From Rhizodiscina lignyota (taxonomy: Eukaryota), in the NCBI GenBank assembly GCA_010015805.1, contig ML978121.1:2790001-2854000 (forward strand): a stretch of DNA of 64,000 bases. Reading direction: 5' to 3'. Below are positions 12,849-23,365 of the stretch, piece by piece (the stretch's first letter is position 1; every line of letters begins with the position of its first letter). A program made the translations under genes and the position numbers. The notes below the pieces were generated by a model that was not told the DNA's origin, did not search any database, and was given only the letters and a program-made list of their open reading frames with translations.

Positions 12849-13752
12849 AAGTTGCGCGCGCCTAGAACGTGTCACCAGCACCATGCTCACACCGAGCTCG
12901 TAGAGCAAGTGTTTAGAACACAAGTCTCCAAGCAGACAACAGGTTGAGATATGTGACTGAGTAGACAATGTTCCAGGGCTTGCGATTCAGTGATTCGATG
13001 ATTCAATGTCTGTGGGGGTGGCGGATGTGTTAGCGCATGAACGAACATCTAACGCGTGAAGTGGAACTAACCAGGCTGATGCAAGACAAGAACAGAATGA
13101 GTGAGTCCACACAAAAGCCCTCTAGGTCTACTCTATGCATTGCACGGAGGTAAACGACCTGTGAAGTTGAAAAGTGCGAGTTGCTGATGTTGAAGTGGAC
13201 TGAAGGAGTGGAAGAAAGAGAAGCGCGGAGCTTGTAAGAAAGGCGCGGTCGCGTTGCCAAGAATTGTGTGGTCTGTGCGTGAACCAATCAGCGATCTTGG
13301 CATTGTAGCGAGGGGCCCTGCAAACTCCAGCCTCCCCCTTGGAACACCAACGCTTTACCAGTCTGGGCCGTATATATCACGGCCCGCCTTCCGCAGTTCT
13401 GAGAAAGGTCTTCGACTCAATTTAAATTGCACACGTCGATAACGCGTCTTTTTAACGCCTCGTTGTACCTACTTACACTATCACGTTCCTTGTAACATCA
13501 TGGACTGTGGTGAGTTGATACAACTCTGAGCTTTTGGATGGGCAATTGTTTTATCGGAACGTCTGCAGAATCACTGCTACCACTCATGGGCGCAAGCTAC
13601 ATAAGGGACGTATCAGATGATCAAACCTAATATGGGTGGGAAGCATCGTGTGCATTTCCTGGGAGCGATCCACTAGCATCGGTCTTTGGGTTGCATTGCT
13701 TAAGATATCTGTATCGACGTATTTTACTTGAGCTGTGGAATGATGCGTAGCA

Positions 13753-15719
13753 TTAGCATATCCTAATACCACAACATTCAATTCCCGCTCCCTTGACCAC
13801 CGCTCTTCGCCCATAGTACTTCTCCATGAGCTCGACGACGAAGGCCCTGTCATGCTCGCTCCAAGCATCCAGGCCCATGCGGCACAAATCATCATCTCCA
13901 ACAGTGATTTCCTCGTCACTGTCTTCATTTCCGTCCGTATGGCCACCTGATTCTGAGTCTATCGCTCCGGTTGCGGCTGTCAGGATCTGATGCGTGTAGC
14001 GATGGAAATATGCCAAAAGTTCCATGTGAAGTGTCGAGTCCACGCCCGTCGGCGCTTCGACAGGTTCGCCATTTGCCTCTTCGTTAGGTTCATCCCGGTA
14101 TCTCTCTGGTGACGGCGGCGGGGGCGCATGCTCAAGATCGCCGTTCAATTGTGCATCCTGCTCAGCTTCCTGATCAAGCGTTGCATCTCGTTCTCCAGCC
14201 GAAGCCCACCACATGAATCCAGAGTACGCCAATGCGGACCACGACGTCGGCTCGATAATAGAGTCATATTCCGTCTGATCATGTGTACCGTCAAATCCAG
14301 CATGTCGACGAGACAGGAGGCCGGCTCCTTCATCCTCGTCATCGTGAACTGCCCTGTCATTCTCCTCGTCGGTATTGGCTTGCGTTGCTGATATTTCCAA
14401 GGCAAGTTGTAATGTTCGCCATCTTCTGAGATCTCTCTGTGTTGCCTTGATTTCTTCGCCTGCTGAGGTCTTAATAGTTGGCCAGCGCCTTGGCGATCCA
14501 TTCGGTAATTGGACAACAATGTCATATAGCTCTTTCTTTATTGCCAGAATCTCATCTGTTGTGCAAGCGATCCAGCCTCCTGTTGTTTCTCCATCCTTGG
14601 ATACAGCAGCTTTCGCAAGCGAGGTTATGAGAGGTATGTCGTGGACTCCAACGGCGAACAGAGGAGTGGAACGAGCGAACTGGTTTGCTTCAGGAGGTAA
14701 GTCTTCTGCGAGCGCTGAAGATATCGTTGAGAGCGCTGAGATGTCGTAGACTATTACGTATTAGCGGACAAATACGTTGACACCGGGAGCTGAGCAAAAT
14801 ACCAAATTCGCAAGCCAACCGTACAGGCGGATGTGTTACGAGCAGGATGCGCTTGCGTAATAATGCCGCTCTGTGGAGCGGGAAGAGAAGAGGCCCAAAG
14901 GTATCTATATATTTCGGCATGGAGAGAATAGGATGGCTTTGAGGAAGAGCGCGGCCGGGCGTCGCCAAGGTTGTGAGTGTCGAGAGTGCTCTTTTCCTCC
15001 TGCCACCGTTAGGCTGTGTGGTTATAGAACCATCGTTGCGATTCGTCGAAGGTGAAGAGGCAGGAAAACTCGAACTCGTCGCATCTTGTGACCTGTGCTC
15101 TTCCCAGAAGCCCTCCAAAGGCTGGATATTTTTGGTGTCGTTGACGAGCGCTCTATAGCAATCTTGTCAACACTGAAGGCATTTTTGAGCCTCACCATCT
15201 CACAGAGAGACTCACCTCGCCAATTGCCGCAGCTGCTCGTCGTACAGCCAGCTTCTTCCCAGTCTCCCATAACTGAGAGGTACCAGTATCCCTACGGCGA
15301 CAAAGTGTGCATTGCGCTCTGCCTCTGTAGCAGGCGAATTCTCGAAGGCGCTAACGCCAGCATATTCGTCATGAACAAAATAAACTAGGTCCTCTTTGAT
15401 ATTGTGTAGGCCCGAGGGTAGTGACTTGAATTCCACAACGCCGTCAAGATTCACTACACAGAATCATCAGCGCCGTTTACATCAAACAATCGGCCGAGGC
15501 TACTCACCACCATCAATGTTACGCTTCCATGCGATCGTGTAGCTTTAGGCAAGTCAGATTGATCAATGGGATTTTAGAAGGGAGCACTCACCCTACTTTG
15601 AGGTCGAAGACGATCAAGAAGGCTGCAGCAAGAGGTGGGAGGTCTGCAGACGGCTGTTGCTGGCCATCTGCGTAGAAGGACTGCTCCAAGGTCTTTGTCG
15701 CCTCGGTCTTGCCTGCCAT
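13753..15719 (-). CDS. DUF2347/DUF4484 protein (DENND11/LCHN/Anr2-like)
   Basis: Multi-exon: AFLIVFDLKVG|YTIAWKR..|..VEFKSLPSGLHNIKEDLVYFVHDEYAGVSAF..SYGRLGRSW; FGPLLFPLHRAALLRKRIL; SWSALAYSGFMWWASAGE; ends MGLDAWSEHDRAFV..GIECCGIRIC. Confidence 0.85.
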
Positions 15720-16720
15720 ACTGTCGATCTCATTGTATAAGTACGGAACTCATGTTCGGATAATTTCGAGGTGTGGTGCAATGACGCGCTCGTTGCGATC
15801 AGACGCGCATAAGTTACATGCACGTTCGGAGTTGGCCCGAGCTTACCCTGTATAAAGTCATTTCCATGTCTCCTCTGTCACCTCTTTGCTCAACCTGATG
15901 TGATCAGACTTCTTCACAAGCTCCCGCTCCTTATCAAGATTGGGATATCTGCCTCAAAATCTAGTCTGTGCTGTATTTTCCCTGCTCATCCAAGTTAGCG
16001 CAACCAAGCATTCTTCTCCCCCAGCAAGGATTACTTACATCGCAACGCAGGTTTCTATTGAATCTTCAGTCGGAGTCTCCATGAATAACGGTACGACATG
16101 AGGTGTCAACCTATGATTAAACCCACACGAAAGTTAAACCAATAGCCGTTTCCTTCGAGTTCTAGTTCAAGTGGCACGGCTAGCAGAAATTATGTTTCTT
16201 TTTTCCGTATCGATGCGCTCCACCAATTTTCCTTTCCTGTCTCTGAGTAAAGCGGGCTATTTCTGTATGAATTCTATAGTTCACAGTATTACCACTGCAT
16301 TTCCTAAAATATTCTGGTATGCGTGTCTTAAAGCTCAAGCATCTCAGAGACCGTCTGTGATTTGCGTGACTTATTCGGTCACAATTGGGCGTCCCTTGCA
16401 TCCTTACTCCCTTTGGTAGACCTTCACACTAGAATTAGCCCTTTTTACCTTGCTTGAACGTGGAAGGGTATCTGGACTCTGGTACGTTCGTCCTATATAG
16501 TTTTGCAGCGCCTGGCTTGAGTTGGTGCATTCTAAATTTCGTTTTACGTTGCCCGTACTGCGCAACGAAAGGATGCGCTGAAGCCCATGACCATTCTGTC
16601 AATTCCCTCCAGCTCAGTGTACCGTCATTATTTGTTTCATTGGTATCTCATACCATCTTCTCTATTCATCAATTGACGAAATCAGAATGTGATTGCCTGC
16701 AAGGCATTTTCCTCCTCAAC

Positions 16721-18547
16721 ATGTTCATGAGCCGCCAAAGTCGCCTTGCCGGTGTCCTCAAGGTCTTGACAGCGGCAATCCTTATATCATACTGTATAAT
16801 ATTTGCCACTCGTAGTCGACTTTCGTACGACTTTATCGACCGTATAACATCAAAATTGCCGCAAGCTCCAGGGCAACAGACAGATCCCGGATTCTCTCCA
16901 AAACTCCTCGAATTCTGGGCAAATTTTGAGGAAGCATTGCAAGATACACGCCCAAGTTGTATCGTTAACTACAAAGAGGAACCGATTAAAGTCGAAGACC
17001 AACAATGGGTGGTCGAAACCCTCAGAACCGAACCGCGGCCTGACTACATTACAATCTCCGAAAACGACATTGCGTCGACCAAAGATGCGCACGTGAGAGC
17101 AGTGAAAAATGCGCAGCTGCATGCTAGCAGTCTCGACTTCCGCCCTGGGACGCGAGGCATAGCGACGACAGCCGGAGGGAAGTACATTCCTGTGCTTCTC
17201 GTCTGCTTACGACTCTTGCGACAGACGGGCTCGAAACTGCCCGTTGAGGTCTTCCTCGCCTCCTGGTCCGAATATGACTTTCGCACCTGCGAGCAGCTGC
17301 TCCCCTCGCTCAATGCGCGTTGCCGGATCCTCAGTGATGTATGGAGCACGACGCCGAGTTTCGAAACCGTGCACACTTACCAATTCAAAGTCTTTGCGCT
17401 TCTGTACTCGTCGTTTGAGGAAGTGCTCTTCCTTGACGCCGACGCCTTCCCGTTACACGATCCAAACATCTTGTTTAACTCTGAGCCGTACAAGTCGACA
17501 GGCTTCGTTACGTGGCCCGACTTCTGGGCCAACACTGTCCATGCGTCCTTCTACGATATTGCTAGCATCGACCCTGCACCGCCTCGAGACCTTCGCTATA
17601 CGACAGAGTCGGGTGAGATGTTACTAGACAAGCGAAGACACACTGAGACCCTGCTGTTAGCGACGTACTACAACTACTACGGCCCTGACTGCTTCTACCG
17701 GCTCCTCTCGCAAGGTGCATCGGGTGAAGGCGATAAAGAGACATATTTGCACGCCGCGATGGCGTTGAATACCACGTTCTGGGACGTAAAGACGCCGGTT
17801 GTCGCACTGGGAAGCCATTTGAGCGGAGAGTGGAGAGGAGCTGGCATGATTCAGCATGACCCAATGGAAGACTACGAATTCGAGATGGAGCGACGGGCGG
17901 AAAGAGAGCAGTTGGACAGGATTGGAACACTTATCGATACATTAGTTGCACAGGGCAAGGCGAATAAGGAGAAAGAAATGCCAGAGCAAAGCGCGCTGGA
18001 CAGCGATAAGACCGAGACGGACAAGAAGGCCGAGACGAACAAGAAGGTTGATACACACAAGAAGACGGATACTGGCAAGAAGACTGATGCAGGCAAGAAG
18101 AATGACGCAGGCAAGAAGACTGATACAAACAAGAAGGATAAGAGCAAAGCTCCTGATTCAAAAGACAGTGAGCATACAGACGTGAAGAAGCAAGAGGGAA
18201 AAAGAGAGGATACCGCGACTCCGCAGAAGAAGGCCCGCCCATTCTTCATCCACAACAACAACCATAAGCTCGATCCGCGGCATATCCTTGATGAGGGCTA
18301 CCATATGACTAAGGAAGACGGGAAATACTGGAGGCTGTGGAGTGACAAGGAGTGGACGGTTAAGACTTTTGGATTCGACTTGGAGCGGAAGGTGTGGGAG
18401 GCGGTGGTTGTCACTGGCTGCGAGATTGACACCGAAATATGTGAGAGGGTAAAGGACTATTGGCGAAAAGTGTTCTACGAGGATGACCAGAAGGAGAAGC
18501 ACAACAGGAAAGACGTGACTGGGGAGGAGAGGAGCAAGAATGTTTGA
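16721..18547 (+). CDS. Alpha-1,2-mannosyltransferase, GT71 (Mnn2/Mnn5-like)
   Basis: Type II signal anchor after Met at 16721; RGIATTAGG, GSKLPVEVF, YQFKVFALLYSSFEEVLFLDADAFP (DxD), WPDFW, SQGASGEGDKETY. Confidence 0.92.
   Translation: MFMSRQSRLAGVLKVLTAAILISYCIIFATRSRLSYDFIDRITSKLPQAPGQQTDPGFSPKLLEFWANFEEALQDTRPSCIVNYKEEPIKVEDQQWVVETLRTEPRPDYITISENDIASTKDAHVRAVKNAQLHASSLDFRPGTRGIATTAGGKYIPVLLVCLRLLRQTGSKLPVEVFLASWSEYDFRTCEQLLPSLNARCRILSDVWSTTPSFETVHTYQFKVFALLYSSFEEVLFLDADAFPLHDPNILFNSEPYKSTGFVTWPDFWANTVHASFYDIASIDPAPPRDLRYTTESGEMLLDKRRHTETLLLATYYNYYGPDCFYRLLSQGASGEGDKETYLHAAMALNTTFWDVKTPVVALGSHLSGEWRGAGMIQHDPMEDYEFEMERRAEREQLDRIGTLIDTLVAQGKANKEKEMPEQSALDSDKTETDKKAETNKKVDTHKKTDTGKKTDAGKKNDAGKKTDTNKKDKSKAPDSKDSEHTDVKKQEGKREDTATPQKKARPFFIHNNNHKLDPRHILDEGYHMTKEDGKYWRLWSDKEWTVKTFGFDLERKVWEAVVVTGCEIDTEICERVKDYWRKVFYEDDQKEKHNRKDVTGEERSKNV
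18023..18139 (+). repeat. 18-bp coding minisatellite (6 full units plus a partial) encoding KKx(D/E)xx
   Basis: AAGAAG recurs exactly every 18 bp: 18023, 18041, 18059, 18077, 18095, 18113, 18131. Confidence 0.9.
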
Positions 18548-18875
18548 TGAAGGATGACTGTGTTAACATTGCTTTGGCGGCCCTTGACCTTTTCACAACC
18601 AAAAATTTTTTTATCACACCTTTCTCTTCAATGTTTTGTAGGATACCTGGAGCTGCCACAAATGTGCTGCCTGTTAGCAAGCCTCAATCGGCTTATAAGT
18701 TTGATGAATAAACGCTGGTAAAAATGCGATTTGTATCTCTTTCAAATTATGGAGGCGAATATCGAGCAGTTGTGGGATCACTCAAATTGAAGTGGAGCGC
18801 CGGTTAGCACTCGGTTTGATTTGACGAGTTGTCGTGTTTGCTATATTTCATCGCCTCTGCGACGCCTACTAACCC

Positions 18876-21083
18876 TCATTGACGACTGCCAACCCGCTTA
18901 CCGTTCTTTCCTAAACAATCTGCGCAATACCACGTCTCTGTTGCCGAGAAGTTAGCCTTCAAGTCAAAATGTTCAAGGTCGTGAATCAACTTACCATCCG
19001 ACTTCGGCGCCTCTCTCAAACCGACACAGCTCAAATGGAACCACTGCTTTTCGCAGTCATCGCCATCACAACCAACCATAGTGCCATAACTGACCTCATT
19101 GCAGAAGCAGTATCTTGGCTCGCCGTCCTCGCCTTCCTCACTACCCTCGATTTCCTCACCTTCAGCGTCTTCGCCTTCCATGTCGACATCCTCTTCGTCA
19201 TTGACGTCGACCGCCTCGTCCTCGTGCACCGCGCTCTTCCGATTCCGCTGCGGCCTCGACGACGTGCGCTCCAAAGCGATTGCAGCAGTCGCATCGACTT
19301 CTGGGGCTCCATCAGCAATGATAGAGGCACGTCTGCTGTTCGCGCCTGACGCAGCATGTACGGACTGCGCGATGCTCGCGGCGCCTCTTTTGTGCCCTCT
19401 TTTGCTCGTCATTGCACCATTGGCATCTGCTGCCGCGGTACCTGCACTGCCTCCGTTGCCGTTGTTCCTCGTACTGCGCACACGAGGGTTGAGTGCGTCT
19501 CCCGGAAATGTACTGACTATGGGTGTGGCAGTCTTGCTTGCCCTCGCACCCCTGGTTGTCATCGTAACCGCTGGGATACTATCCGCCTCTTGCGCCGTGG
19601 CCGTATCATCGGGATGTGCGTCTGTCTCCTCACGCTTGAGCGTCTCGGCGCCCGGTGGTAGGGCGCCGGACATTGTTTCCTCTCCACCCATGGTGACATC
19701 ATCGACAGGCTTGAGTGCAGGTGTAGCACTCCCGTTTGGTGGCCGATTCGAAGCAGAGGATGGAGGACGCGCCTTCTCGGACAGAACGTTGGCTTGTGAG
19801 TTCTGTCGGGCACGAGTGGCATTTGGACGGGAGGCGGTCCCAGCTGGAAAGCCGGGTTGAAGAGGTGATGACGCAAGCTGTGGAGAGTTGGCATTGAGAG
19901 GCTGGGGTCTGCCGTAAATCAGTAAGATTGAACCATTGGAATTGGGCATGACGCATAGCTCGTACCTTTTGCGAGTAGTACCAGGAGCTGGGCCGGGCTT
20001 CTTCCTTTTCACAGGTGCGAAATCTGAACCTGGCGTTTCGCGTGGGCTGGCTGCGTTGCCTCTGATTTGCGCCATCGCACCACTTATACTTCTCTCCATT
20101 GGCTGTCCTTTTTCCACCTTCCTTCGCTTTGGTGGTGCTGCTCCATTTGCGACACCAAGCCCAGCTATCTTTGCTTCGGCAGTTTCTCCATGCTTTCTGC
20201 CCTTGTTGCCATGTGGTTTCTTTGCTGGAGGTCTGTCGTCGAAGTCAGAGTCGACATGCTGGTTCCGATGCTTCTTGGCCATCATCGCTTCTCTTCTTGC
20301 TTCACTGCGAGATGACGGCTCTCCTTCGTGCGCAGCGGCGGCCGAGGCCAAGGCATGAACACCTGCAGCGTCTCTGCGCGATCGTTCGCCAGCAGCTGCT
20401 CCACTCTTCTTCGACTCTCTGTCAATGTATGCCCAGTGTGTCAAGCTACCCAGTCGAGCCTCCTCGCTGATCTCTTGGTCAATGTAGCGGTAGCTGCTAT
20501 CCATGCGCTCGAGCTGCATTTTTAGGCTCTCGTTCGCGGTAGCGAGGACTGCGATCTTCTCGTCGAGGATAGGGTTCAGATGGTTGATAGTGAAGCAGAG
20601 ATTGAACATTAGCTGTCGTCGAAGGTTCATGTCGGCTGTCTGCAGATCTTCAGCACGAGGTTGGCTACTCTGTATCTCGCGACCGAGATACTGTCCTGTT
20701 GCAGGTGAAGCATTTCCATTGACAGACCCATTGGCGCTGCCCGCCAGACTGTGCGCAGCCGTCAAGCCGGTTGGCTGGTAGCGCTGTGCAGGCGGGAGGG
20801 CGTCGATCGTGTCTGCGAGTTTCAGCAACTCTTGCTCAGGGTTGTGTATTTTTGCATCGACCTCCTTCAGCATTGAGAGATGCGATATGACTTCCTTCGG
20901 CAGCGCTGTCACGCTGTCGGTGAAGTGTGTGATGGCTGGGAAGAAACCTGGCTCATTGTTGCGACTCGGAGGCTGCTCTGTCGGAGGCACGCCGAAGGGT
21001 CGAGCATAGTAGTTTGCGGGTCTGGTGGTAGATGTGCGCACTGCGCGTGTCGACTGTCGCCGTCCTGGAGCTATCGAGGCCAT
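18876..21083 (-). CDS. ING-family PHD finger protein (Pho23/Yng2-like)
   Basis: ING domain (FFPAITHFTDSVTALPKEVISHLSMLKEVDAK; LDEKIAVLATAN) and PHD finger (RYCFCNEVSYGTMVGCDGDDCEKQWFHLSCVGL..WYCADC). Introns 19909-19965 and 18938-18994. Confidence 0.92.
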   Translation of the reverse strand: MASIAPGRRQSTRAVRTSTTRPANYYARPFGVPPTEQPPSRNNEPGFFPAITHFTDSVTALPKEVISHLSMLKEVDAKIHNPEQELLKLADTIDALPPAQRYQPTGLTAAHSLAGSANGSVNGNASPATGQYLGREIQSSQPRAEDLQTADMNLRRQLMFNLCFTINHLNPILDEKIAVLATANESLKMQLERMDSSYRYIDQEISEEARLGSLTHWAYIDRESKKSGAAAGERSRRDAAGVHALASAAAAHEGEPSSRSEARREAMMAKKHRNQHVDSDFDDRPPAKKPHGNKGRKHGETAEAKIAGLGVANGAAPPKRRKVEKGQPMERSISGAMAQIRGNAASPRETPGSDFAPVKRKKPGPAPGTTRKRYELCVMPNSNGSILLIYGRPQPLNANSPQLASSPLQPGFPAGTASRPNATRARQNSQANVLSEKARPPSSASNRPPNGSATPALKPVDDVTMGGEETMSGALPPGAETLKREETDAHPDDTATAQEADSIPAVTMTTRGARASKTATPIVSTFPGDALNPRVRSTRNNGNGGSAGTAAADANGAMTSKRGHKRGAASIAQSVHAASGANSRRASIIADGAPEVDATAAIALERTSSRPQRNRKSAVHEDEAVDVNDEEDVDMEGEDAEGEEIEGSEEGEDGEPRYCFCNEVSYGTMVGCDGDDCEKQWFHLSCVGLREAPKSDGKLIHDLEHFDLKANFSATETWYCADCLGKNGKRVGSRQ

Positions 21084-21420
21084 TGTGAGGTTGGATCGTG
21101 GGCGATCAGAGCAGAGGTGATTCCGCGCCAGCGGTAGGAGTGCAGGCCGTGGAGCGAAAGCTTGAAGAAGACAAAGCCGTTTTGTTGAAGGAGTTGGGAC
21201 TAAAGGTAGATAGAGGTTGTGTAGATAATGTCCATGGCCAAAATGAAGTCTGAAGGGATTTGACACGTTCAAGTGGACTTGGAGGTGAAGATGGAGCTTG
21301 TGGCATGGCGAAGTCGCTCATCCAACCACTTTCACTTTCACCTGTGACGGAATTAGCGGGTTACCGGAGATACACCGATGATACCCCGCTCCTCCGACTC
21401 AGAGGGAAACCTACCGAGCA

Positions 21421-21658
21421 CTCACGAGGGTGACAAATAGTTGAGCCATATAAAGTTTGAAGGTATTTGGCAGAAGCGAGGTTTCCTCTTCAACGCTAGC
21501 GACAGTATCTCTGAAAGGTCGATAAGTTATATTCTAGAGTTCGTTTATCTAAAACATACAGCTTCAGTATATATAACTTATATTAACTATCGAGGATATA
21601 CATCCTCCCAGTCCGATATAGTACAGTCACGACTCCACTATTTTGTCACCCACTTGCC
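21421..21658 (+). mobile_element. MITE family 1, copy A (~240 bp)
   Basis: TIRs GGGTGACAAATAGTTGAG ... CTCCACTATTTTGTCACCC; TA at the right flank (21659-21660); AT-rich core homologous to the three other copies. Confidence 0.85.
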
Positions 21659-22045
21659 TACCTACCGAGGACTGTCGGCAACAAACCCGAGCAAAGAGCA
21701 AGAGGGCGCACCAACTTGGCTTCTCGTTGAAACATCATCGCGCCTTTCAATCATCCGACTTTGCAACGGGCTGCCTGGTGCGTGGCGAAACGCCGCGAAA
21801 CACCGTCTCTCTGCGATATGCAACCTCGCGCTGCAAGAGCCTGTGCCAAAGGGCGTACTCTACCATGAGTCAGAATCCGAGGAGCCTGACTTGTATAATA
21901 AGTATTGTTCGTTGCATTCCGCGATGTATTGCCTTCATTCATTCTATCAGTGTGCTCTCCAGCTCATCACTGTAAGATACAAATCGCAAAACATCCACTA
22001 CCATAGATTTTTACACTTTCAATTATCAAGCCGTTCGTCTTTACA

Positions 22046-23365
22046 ATGACTTCAAGGACAATTCAGGGACTGTCTGAGCGGGGGACAGCGCTCGCCATAT
22101 CTGGTGGCATTCGTGATAGATTCGGCAGTGTTCTAGGAGATCCATTCCATGCAGAGAGCAACCCCAAAGGATTCGTCAATATCGGGACATCAGAGTCCTA
22201 CACTATGCTTCCGGAGGTGACCAAGTTTGCAAACGAGAGAGTGCGCTTCGAAGAGCGTGATTTCAGCTACGGCGACGGTCCTTGGGGAAGCGAAAGACTA
22301 CGTTGCGCAATGGCAAAGCACATGAACAAGCATTTTCAGCCTGTGCAACCGGTCGACCCATCAGACATCCTCTTCTCAAATGGCGTAACCTCGCTATGCG
22401 AACAGCTCGGATTTTCAATCGCCGAAGCCGGAGATGGCATCATGTTCACACGTCCAATCTATCAAGCATTTCGATCTGATTTTGGTACCCGAGCCAAAAT
22501 TACACCAGTGTGGGTGTCCTTCCGAGGCGATGATCAATTCACGACTTCGTCCATTAAGCACTGGGAGGCTGCTTACGACCAAGCGTCAAAAGACGGCATC
22601 ACTATTCGTGCCGTGATGCTCTGCAACCCGCATAATCCTCTTGGTCGCTGCTACCCAAAGTCACTCATCATCGCGCTCATGGAATTCTGCCAAAAAAGGA
22701 AACTCCACCTCCTTTCGGACGAGATCTACGCCTCCTCTGTGTATGATGTTCCATCTTCTGACGTCCCGGCGGTACCGTTCATTTCTGTGCTCTCATTCGA
22801 CACAACCCCATACATCGACACGCAATATCTACATGTCCTTTATGGAATGAGCAAAGACTTTGCATCCGGCGGCCTGAGACTCGGCTGCATCTATACTCGC
22901 AATGAGCATCTTTTCAGAGCGATGGGCGCGATGAGCCAATTTCATTGGCTGTGCAATCCGGCCGAGAAGCTCGCTGCGGTGATGCTCGAGAGCGAAGAGT
23001 GGATGGAGCACTTCCAGGCTCTATCGCGCAAGCGACTAGCTGAACGGAACTCATTGACGCGTCGGTTACTTGATGACCTTAGTATAGGCTACAGCGCGAA
23101 GAGCAATGCAGGATTCTTTATTTGGGCTGATCTGAGAAGATATCTACCGTCTATCGCGAGAGATGGAAGAAAGATATGCGGTTGGGAGGCAGAAGAGGAG
23201 CTAATGGAAATGCTGCGGGAGAATGGGGTATTTATGACGCCTGGGAATCATTTGAGCGCCGATGAGCCGGGCTTCTTTCGGATCATCTTCAGCCAGGAGG
23301 AGTCTGTCTTGAAGGAAGGGATGCGGAGGGTAGGAGAGACCATTGCGAGGATTGAGAAAGAATGA
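22046..23365 (+). CDS. PLP-dependent class I/II aminotransferase, ACC-synthase-like
   Basis: Intronless 439 aa; NPKGFVNIGTSE, LCNPHNPLGRCY, LSDEIYA, YGMSKDFASGGLRLG (PLP lysine), PGFFRIIF. Confidence 0.9.
   Translation: MTSRTIQGLSERGTALAISGGIRDRFGSVLGDPFHAESNPKGFVNIGTSESYTMLPEVTKFANERVRFEERDFSYGDGPWGSERLRCAMAKHMNKHFQPVQPVDPSDILFSNGVTSLCEQLGFSIAEAGDGIMFTRPIYQAFRSDFGTRAKITPVWVSFRGDDQFTTSSIKHWEAAYDQASKDGITIRAVMLCNPHNPLGRCYPKSLIIALMEFCQKRKLHLLSDEIYASSVYDVPSSDVPAVPFISVLSFDTTPYIDTQYLHVLYGMSKDFASGGLRLGCIYTRNEHLFRAMGAMSQFHWLCNPAEKLAAVMLESEEWMEHFQALSRKRLAERNSLTRRLLDDLSIGYSAKSNAGFFIWADLRRYLPSIARDGRKICGWEAEEELMEMLRENGVFMTPGNHLSADEPGFFRIIFSQEESVLKEGMRRVGETIARIEKE

Noticed and set aside
13365..13395. Helitron 3' end (hairpin plus CTRR)
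   Set aside because: CTGG on the minus strand is only 3 nt from the hairpin, and I could identify no 5' end or Rep/helicase remnant.
10700..13700. Telomerase RNA gene in the gene-free interval
   Set aside because: I found no convincing template (TAACCCTAA or its complement); the nearest match, TAACCCTCA at ~11379, is insufficient.
16454..16720. N-terminal extension of the GT71 ORF
   Set aside because: The ORF track starts at a TTG; the ATG at 16721 directly precedes the signal anchor.
19099..19860. Long antisense ORFs (also 2045-2608, 17872-18261, 59617-60279)
   Set aside because: Shadow frames opposite well-supported genes.
21084..21272. N-terminal extension of the ING ORF
   Set aside because: Non-ATG start; CACAATG at 21083 is a good fungal start context.
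21441..22049. 202-aa ORF upstream of the aminotransferase
   Set aside because: Starts at a TTG inside MITE copy A, crosses the element boundary, and has no protein-like features.
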